Shown here in pieces: positions 14,508 to 20,000 of a stretch of 20,000 bases of DNA; position 1 is the stretch's first letter; each line of letters begins with the position of its first letter. Where the stretch lies: the IMG/VR virus record IMGVR_UViG_3300021401_000002; one strand, 5' to 3'. This DNA is from an uncultured virus (IMG/VR IMGVR_UViG_3300021401_000002) (lineage: Duplodnaviria > Heunggongvirae > Uroviricota > Caudoviricetes). A program made the translations under genes and the position numbers. Below the pieces are notes generated by a model. That model was given only the letters and a program-made list of their open reading frames with translations. It did not search any database and was not told the origin of the DNA.

Positions 14508-17500
14508 GAATAAGCCGCCTCCTTCGTCCGTTCGAACCCGGACCAGACCGCGAAACCGTTGCAGCCGCTGCCGACATCGAAAGCAAAAAACCTCTCTCAG
14601 AAGAGATGGGCTTCGAACGACCCTTCATGGTTGGCGTTTACGTAAATGGGCAATACAAAAGCTTCTTCGATGAATTGCATCTCAACCCAAACGATCCAGA
14701 GCGTGCATTCAAGGATGGTGGCTGCGTGCGTGAGTTCTTCAGGTGGCTAACGGAGTCGCCAGAAGGACGAAAACTTCAATATCGAGCGCGTAGCAAAAAA
14801 CATCCAAAGGTCGTCATCTACGGACACAACCTCGGAGGGTTCGATGCCCTTCATTTCCTCAGATTGTTACGTAGACCAGAGTACGCCAGAGACTTCGATG
14901 TTCGTATCATTGCCTCAGGCTCTCAACTGCTAGAGCTTGAAATCACTGAACGTGACTTCAAAGTAGAAAACGAAGATCGACCTTTCGATGATGACGAAGA
15001 TGATTCCGCGCCTGTAGCAGACAAGGAAAAACAACCCAAAAGGCGTAGACTTCGTAAGTGGGTATTCCGAGACTCGATGAGACTCATGCCGGGCTCGCTA
15101 GATTCGATTGGAAAGAAGCTGGTACTAGACACGCGTAAAATCAAAATGAACGAATCTCTTGGCGGTCTTTCTACTCCTACCAAAGAGAGAAAAGCGTGGG
15201 AAGAATACAACAGTGTAGACTGCAAAACGGTAGTAGGGCTCGTGGATGAACTACGAAAACAACTCGACATATTGGGCGGTCATCTCAAAATGACACTCCC
15301 ATCTTCATCGATGGACTTATTTAGACGCGAGTACCTAACACGATTCCTCAAAGCCGAGGTCATAGACGGAAAGCCTAATCCTTTTCATGGGAAACCAGGA
15401 ATTCCTCGCGAAAGACACTTCCCCGGATGCCGATGCCTCTGTGGAATGTGCCGCCAGGAAAAATGCTTCAAAAGTTGCCCGAACGCTCAGCAAGAAAGAC
15501 CTCCTTGTCCCGCAGCACCTTATGGGTGCCTACACGCATGGCTTTCGATCTCTCCAACCGGCGCTCGCAAGGGTGGACATACGGAAGTGTTTCACCATCA
15601 AGAAAAGGAAGGAAAACTCAGATACTACGACCGCAACTCGAGCTACGCCGCCGCAATGACGGAGCCGATGCCACTCAAGCTTCAGTACTCCTTCGGACCT
15701 GGACGAGGACCACAGACACTTGAAGAGTGCAAAGGGTATGCAGATGATGGACTCATTGGATTTGTAGAGGCCATCGTCTATATTCCAGAAACTGTCAATA
15801 TCCCTCCACTGGCAGTCATCTACGATGACAAACTAGTTTTCCCAGTGGGAACCTTTTATGGGCGTTGGGACTGGTGCGAGCTAAAACACATAGAAGAAAT
15901 TGGAGGGCACATAGTTCTTATTCACCGAAGCGTTTGGTATCTATCGTCTCCGTTGATTAGATCGATGATGGAGGACATATTTGCAAAACGAGCGGATGCC
16001 AAAGCAAAAAATAATAAGCCCATGTCTGAAACGTGCAAATTAGTAGGGAACTCTTTGTACGGAAAATTCTTGATGTCCCCCGAACGAGATGAGCTTTTCA
16101 GTGCTCCTATCGGAAGTGAACCAGAGGGCGCCCAAGCGGTATCACCCGAAGAACTCGCTTACGCCAAAGATGACGAGCCCATCTTATGGCGCAGACCAAA
16201 ATACAACGAAGCTGATTACTTCTTGCCGCACATCGGATCTCACATCACCGCACTCGCCCGTGAAGCCCTGTGGCTTCAAATGCAAAAGGTCGAATCACTT
16301 GGTGGTCGAGTATACTACTCAGACAGTGTCACTGGTGACCGTACAACCATAGTTCGCTCGCCGCAAAACCGAGTGATAATCGAACCAATCCAGAAATTGT
16401 GGGAACGATTCAAGGCTGACAAAATCCCAGCAGAAAAAGAATTTGCCGTTACTGATAATTGGCAAGCGCTTGCAATGACCTCCGACGGCACACAGGGATG
16501 GTTTCCACTAAAGCAAATTATTAGACACCAAACCCACAAGACGACGTGGCTAATTTCAAATAAGCAGGGCCAAACATCTGTAACCACAGATCATGGCATT
16601 ATGTGTGACCCCAGAACCGCAATCGTACCAGAAAAATTCGTTGCAAATGGTGCCAACTTTATCAAACTCAAAGCTACACCATCAACAAGAACAGATGAAA
16701 CGATCGACCTGTTTGAATTTCTGAAAGACTTCAGTAGCAACAAATATGGCAATATAACAAATCTAGAGTTTGAAGCCCACGACGATTACATAACCATAAA
16801 GGGCTGGCGAACCATCGGTGGAGAAGCGATAAAAGCGAACTTCATCATGAATCAACCACTCACGATTACTGCTAAACAAGTCGTCGAATTAGCCAAGAAA
16901 TCCGGAATCAAAACCACAGAGAAATCCGTTATCAGTACGCGCAGTCGCATCAAAAAACACGGAGCGCGATCCTCTAACGCCAACGACGATGCCCACCGAG
17001 GCATTCATGGGGAAGTAAGATTCAAACGGTTCTACCGCCCAAATACCCCAGAAATCGGTGCACTCTTACGCCTACTTGGCGCTTACATTTCAGAAGGAAG
17101 CGCCAGCTTTCCTAACGAGAAGGGAAATCGTTGGCTCTTTTCAATTGCTCAAAACCGCCGAGAATGGCTCGAAAATTTACTTCACGACATGGAAATCATC
17201 GCGCCGCATTCGAATGCCAAGATATATGAGACATCTCGCGACGTCGAAGCTGGCAAACCAGGAAGCGGAATGTTCGCACTACGCTCCGGCGCAGCTCCAC
17301 TCTCATGTTTTTTCGCAGCACTTGGCGGGCGACGATCCGACGGAAAGAAGCTGCCATCATTCGTATACGACCTGACCGCGACTGACGCGATGATACTCTG
17401 GGAAAAGCTTCTAGAAGGAGACGGTCACAGAATACTGTCAAAAAGAGGAGGTGAAATAATCGAAACTGGTCAAGTATGCTACACGACTAAATCCCAAGAA

Positions 17501-18343
17501 CTAACGGCTGGACTCTCATATCTGCTAGATCAACTCTCAATAGAGCACGCGATAAATTATCGCGCGGACAAAAAAGTTTGGTCGCTTAGAACGAGGCCTG
17601 CCGGTTCTGGCAGAACCAGAAAAACCACTCACATAGAGATAGAGCAGAACCAATCAAAATATGTTTATGACCTAGAAGTTCAAGGGGCTCACACATTCGT
17701 TGATGGCGTCGGAAGAGTACTGCTCCACAACACCGACAGTGTGATATGCGATGTAGATATGCCATCGGGCAAGGAATTGGGCGAGTGGAAGCAGGAACAC
17801 GCGAACATCAGTCGCCTTGCCGGTGAATTCGATAGCCCAAAATCTTATAGGCTCACGTCACTTGTCAAAGGCGAATACTTCGAAGACCACCATGTCGACA
17901 CGTGTACGCTCAAAGATGAAGAAGACGAGAAGGGCAAACCCAAATGTCCAGGTTGCGCTACCGAACTCGTACACATCAAGGGACTACACAAAAGCAAGCA
18001 CACGGCTGAAAACTTCGAAAAACTCAAACGTGGTGAAACCATTCGAGTACCCGATCAACCTCCTAAGCTTGGCGAGCTCATGGCCATCAACTTCAAGTCT
18101 TACGAGACCAAGAGCCGCGACAAGAGCAACCTGCGCTGGAGAGACGGCGAGAACGGTGAAGAAGTCATCAGCAAACGCGTTCGTCAGGGCAGGAACCCAG
18201 ATACCAAGGCCCTTGTCTTCAATGAAGACACGCCAACCATCTATGTCGAAGACGGTGAGGCTCGCGAAACTACCCAGCGAGTTGTCTTCAGCTACTTTCG
18301 TCGCTGGCGCGACCATGTCCTCAACGCCACCGCCTCAGGATAA
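14504..18343 (+). CDS. polB: Family B DNA polymerase, protein-primed type, intein-containing (1279-aa precursor, 810 aa after splicing)
   Basis: ExoI ADIES, ExoII HNLGGFD, FRDSMRL, ExoIII YNSVD, motif A YDRNSSY, a TPR1-like insertion (PPL...LVFPVGTFYGRW..EL), motif B KLVGNSLYGKF, motif C YSD|TDS, the KxY motif PKSY, and IKG. Confidence 0.92.
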   Translation: MRISRLLRPFEPGPDRETVAAAADIESKKPLSEEMGFERPFMVGVYVNGQYKSFFDELHLNPNDPERAFKDGGCVREFFRWLTESPEGRKLQYRARSKKHPKVVIYGHNLGGFDALHFLRLLRRPEYARDFDVRIIASGSQLLELEITERDFKVENEDRPFDDDEDDSAPVADKEKQPKRRRLRKWVFRDSMRLMPGSLDSIGKKLVLDTRKIKMNESLGGLSTPTKERKAWEEYNSVDCKTVVGLVDELRKQLDILGGHLKMTLPSSSMDLFRREYLTRFLKAEVIDGKPNPFHGKPGIPRERHFPGCRCLCGMCRQEKCFKSCPNAQQERPPCPAAPYGCLHAWLSISPTGARKGGHTEVFHHQEKEGKLRYYDRNSSYAAAMTEPMPLKLQYSFGPGRGPQTLEECKGYADDGLIGFVEAIVYIPETVNIPPLAVIYDDKLVFPVGTFYGRWDWCELKHIEEIGGHIVLIHRSVWYLSSPLIRSMMEDIFAKRADAKAKNNKPMSETCKLVGNSLYGKFLMSPERDELFSAPIGSEPEGAQAVSPEELAYAKDDEPILWRRPKYNEADYFLPHIGSHITALAREALWLQMQKVESLGGRVYYSDSVTGDRTTIVRSPQNRVIIEPIQKLWERFKADKIPAEKEFAVTDNWQALAMTSDGTQGWFPLKQIIRHQTHKTTWLISNKQGQTSVTTDHGIMCDPRTAIVPEKFVANGANFIKLKATPSTRTDETIDLFEFLKDFSSNKYGNITNLEFEAHDDYITIKGWRTIGGEAIKANFIMNQPLTITAKQVVELAKKSGIKTTEKSVISTRSRIKKHGARSSNANDDAHRGIHGEVRFKRFYRPNTPEIGALLRLLGAYISEGSASFPNEKGNRWLFSIAQNRREWLENLLHDMEIIAPHSNAKIYETSRDVEAGKPGSGMFALRSGAAPLSCFFAALGGRRSDGKKLPSFVYDLTATDAMILWEKLLEGDGHRILSKRGGEIIETGQVCYTTKSQELTAGLSYLLDQLSIEHAINYRADKKVWSLRTRPAGSGRTRKTTHIEIEQNQSKYVYDLEVQGAHTFVDGVGRVLLHNTDSVICDVDMPSGKELGEWKQEHANISRLAGEFDSPKSYRLTSLVKGEYFEDHHVDTCTLKDEEDEKGKPKCPGCATELVHIKGLHKSKHTAENFEKLKRGETIRVPDQPPKLGELMAINFKSYETKSRDKSNLRWRDGENGEEVISKRVRQGRNPDTKALVFNEDTPTIYVEDGEARETTQRVVFSYFRRWRDHVLNATASG
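16325..17731 (+). mobile_element. Intein with LAGLIDADG homing endonuclease (469 aa) inserted in polymerase motif C (pol-c site)
   Basis: It begins SVTGD after YYSD and has block B VTTDHGI, LAGLIDADG-like blocks LLGAYISEG and LLEGDG, block F VYDLEV and a terminal HN followed by +1 Thr. It is visibly more AT-rich than most of the window. Confidence 0.95.
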
Positions 18344-18347
18344 TAAA

Positions 18348-18758
18348 ATGAGTGACCTATATTGCAACAAATGTGGACACTCCAAGGAATGCCACAGCAG
18401 TGTCGCTATTCCATACGGCCAACATCTGTATGGCGAAGGTGGATTTTGTGGATGGTGGCGCGACCCAATGTTCGGTCCGACCGAGGAGTGCCATTGCTCG
18501 GGCTTTCAACTTTCCCTGCTTATCCGGTTCCTTCCCCCAACCGAGTGGATGCCACTACATGTTGTGGTGTCGTTTTCTCGACGAAATCGTGAGAAGATAA
18601 ATCATGCACACCTGCCCTGGATGCGGGACAACGTTGCAGACGTACGCAAATGCAAGCGAGGTTCCGAACGCCACGCAATTGGAGGAAAGCGACGGCTCGT
18701 ATCACAATCGCGAGCGCTGCCTCACTGTTCAACTCGCGAAGGTGAAGAAGGAGCGTGA
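18348..18758 (+). CDS. Cys/His-rich zinc-finger-like protein; C-terminal extent uncertain
   Basis: ATG 4 nt after the polB stop and a CxxCGH...H...C...CxC motif typical of small phage proteins. The frame overlaps the next gene by 155 nt. Confidence 0.45.
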   Translation: MSDLYCNKCGHSKECHSSVAIPYGQHLYGEGGFCGWWRDPMFGPTEECHCSGFQLSLLIRFLPPTEWMPLHVVVSFSRRNREKINHAHLPWMRDNVADVRKCKRGSERHAIGGKRRLVSQSRALPHCSTREGEEGA

Positions 18759-19563
18759 CGAATTGCCAGCGACGGTAGCGACGGTGTGCATCGCAGACTG
18801 CGACCACTGCGGAGCTGTCGTGCTCAATTCAACTAGCGATCAGTGTCCACACTGCGAAGGCGAACTGTATCCGGTGACGAAGAATCTCGGGTCAGACTGT
18901 TTTCTCCTGGGCATTGCGCTTCACAAGAATGATGGCGTCGCAGTGCTGGAACTGGAGGCACGTGGAGACGGCTTTCATTGGATGCGACGCAAATACGTTG
19001 GTGAGCCAAAGCGCGCAAAGAGAGGGAATCCTGCCGAAGAGGTAACGAACATCGGGCGTGCTTTCGCTGAAGACTTGGAAGCCGGAATGTCTGCGCCGCC
19101 ACGGTCGATTGAGGAGAGCGGGGCGGCTGTTGTTGAGGCCATCGCATCAATGACTCAGCCTTCCTGGCAGAAGGCCGAAGCTGAGCAGACAAAGTTCCTC
19201 GCCCATCTAGCCAAGAAAGCACCGCTCACCACCAAGACCCTCGGAAGACTTGGGTGCGGCATTGGCTGGCACCCCATCGTCGAAGAGCTGATCTGCGACA
19301 TCGAAAAGATCCTCGTCCTCGACGAGAGACTCGCGAAGGCCTTCACCATCGGCATCAAGGAGAAGTACGCACGCCTTACCGTTTACACGAGACCCGAGGA
19401 TGATCCCCGCATCGCCGCTGTCGTCGCGAAGGCCGAGGAGAGGGCGAGCAAGACGTGCGAAGAATGCGGCAAGCCTGGACGCTGGCGCGTGAACTCGAAC
19501 GAATGGGAAAGCATCACCTGCGACCGTCACGCGCCAGAAGACGACACTGCCGCTGAGTTGTAG
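18604..19563 (+). CDS. Multi-zinc-finger phage-type hypothetical protein (319 aa)
   Basis: Several CxxC pairs. The C-terminal GCGIGW...IKEKYARLTVY...AEERASKTCEECGKPG...W...CDRH matches a pattern I recognise from uncharacterised phage proteins. Confidence 0.75.
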   Translation: MHTCPGCGTTLQTYANASEVPNATQLEESDGSYHNRERCLTVQLAKVKKERDELPATVATVCIADCDHCGAVVLNSTSDQCPHCEGELYPVTKNLGSDCFLLGIALHKNDGVAVLELEARGDGFHWMRRKYVGEPKRAKRGNPAEEVTNIGRAFAEDLEAGMSAPPRSIEESGAAVVEAIASMTQPSWQKAEAEQTKFLAHLAKKAPLTTKTLGRLGCGIGWHPIVEELICDIEKILVLDERLAKAFTIGIKEKYARLTVYTRPEDDPRIAAVVAKAEERASKTCEECGKPGRWRVNSNEWESITCDRHAPEDDTAAEL

Positions 19564-19698
19564 AGTACCTCACGATCTCGCAACAACTGCACACCACCAT
19601 CCGTAGTGGGTACATATGGTCATTGGGAAAGAACCGGATAAGCATGCAACTTTCGAAACCGATAAAACCGACAAAATCAAAACGGTCAAAAAGATAGC

Positions 19699-19896
19699 AT
19701 GAGTGAATACGCTGTTCGTCGATATCGAGAGCTTGTTCGCGAGCTTTGGATTGCCCGAGCGATTTCTGACGAACTCGATCAAGATGAAGAAGCCGACCGC
19801 GCTGAGGAACTCGATACGTGGTGGGAACAAATAACGGTCGATGAACAGACTGCAATGGAAGCGGAACTTAGAAGTAACAAGCTTCGCACAAGCTAG
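19699..19896 (+). CDS. Small acidic hypothetical protein (65 aa)
   Basis: ATG ORF co-oriented with its neighbours, with a helical acidic sequence. Confidence 0.55.
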   Translation: MSEYAVRRYRELVRELWIARAISDELDQDEEADRAEELDTWWEQITVDEQTAMEAELRSNKLRTS

Positions 19897-19906
19897 GTAC
19901 CCTTCT

Positions 19907-19994
19907 TTCTCTCCTTCTCTCCTTCTCTCCTTCTCTCCTTCTCTCCTTCTCTCCTTCTCTCCTTCTCTCCTTCTCTCCTTCTCTCCTTCTCTCC
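19907..19994. repeat. Perfect 8-nt tandem repeat (TTCTCTCC)x11 in a pure polypyrimidine tract
   Basis: Directly visible. The pyrimidine-only run spans about 19900-19997. Confidence 0.97.
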
Positions 19995-20000
19995 CTCAGC

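Noticed and set aside
14504..18343. Primer-independent PolB (pipolin) or casposon
   Set aside because: The KxY motif (PKSY) is present, which piPolBs lack, and no casposase or integrase is seen in the window.

Overview
This window looks like part of a GC-rich bacterial virus or linear mobile element. Genes are tightly packed, often with ATGA overlaps, and are mostly hypothetical; I recognise no housekeeping protein genes. Three things stand out. (1) A compact type V CRISPR cassette sits on the + strand among minus-strand genes: a sigma70 promoter, a ribbon-helix-helix regulator, a 621-aa Cas12m (V-M/V-U1)-like effector with an apparently intact RuvC D-E-D triad, and a 9-repeat/8-spacer array. 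There is no cas1/cas2 in the window. A solitary near-perfect copy of the repeat lies about 5.2 kb downstream of the array, inside the 5' end of another gene. (2) A complete tmRNA gene encodes the tag ANDNAIANAA. (3) A protein-primed-type family B DNA polymerase is split at motif C by a 469-aa LAGLIDADG intein and is preceded by a basic HTH protein that could be a terminal protein. The window also holds a CX5R phosphatase, an excisionase-like HTH protein, several small zinc-finger or membrane proteins, and an 11-copy TTCTCTCC tract at the right edge. All family calls come from motif recognition by eye; no database search was run.
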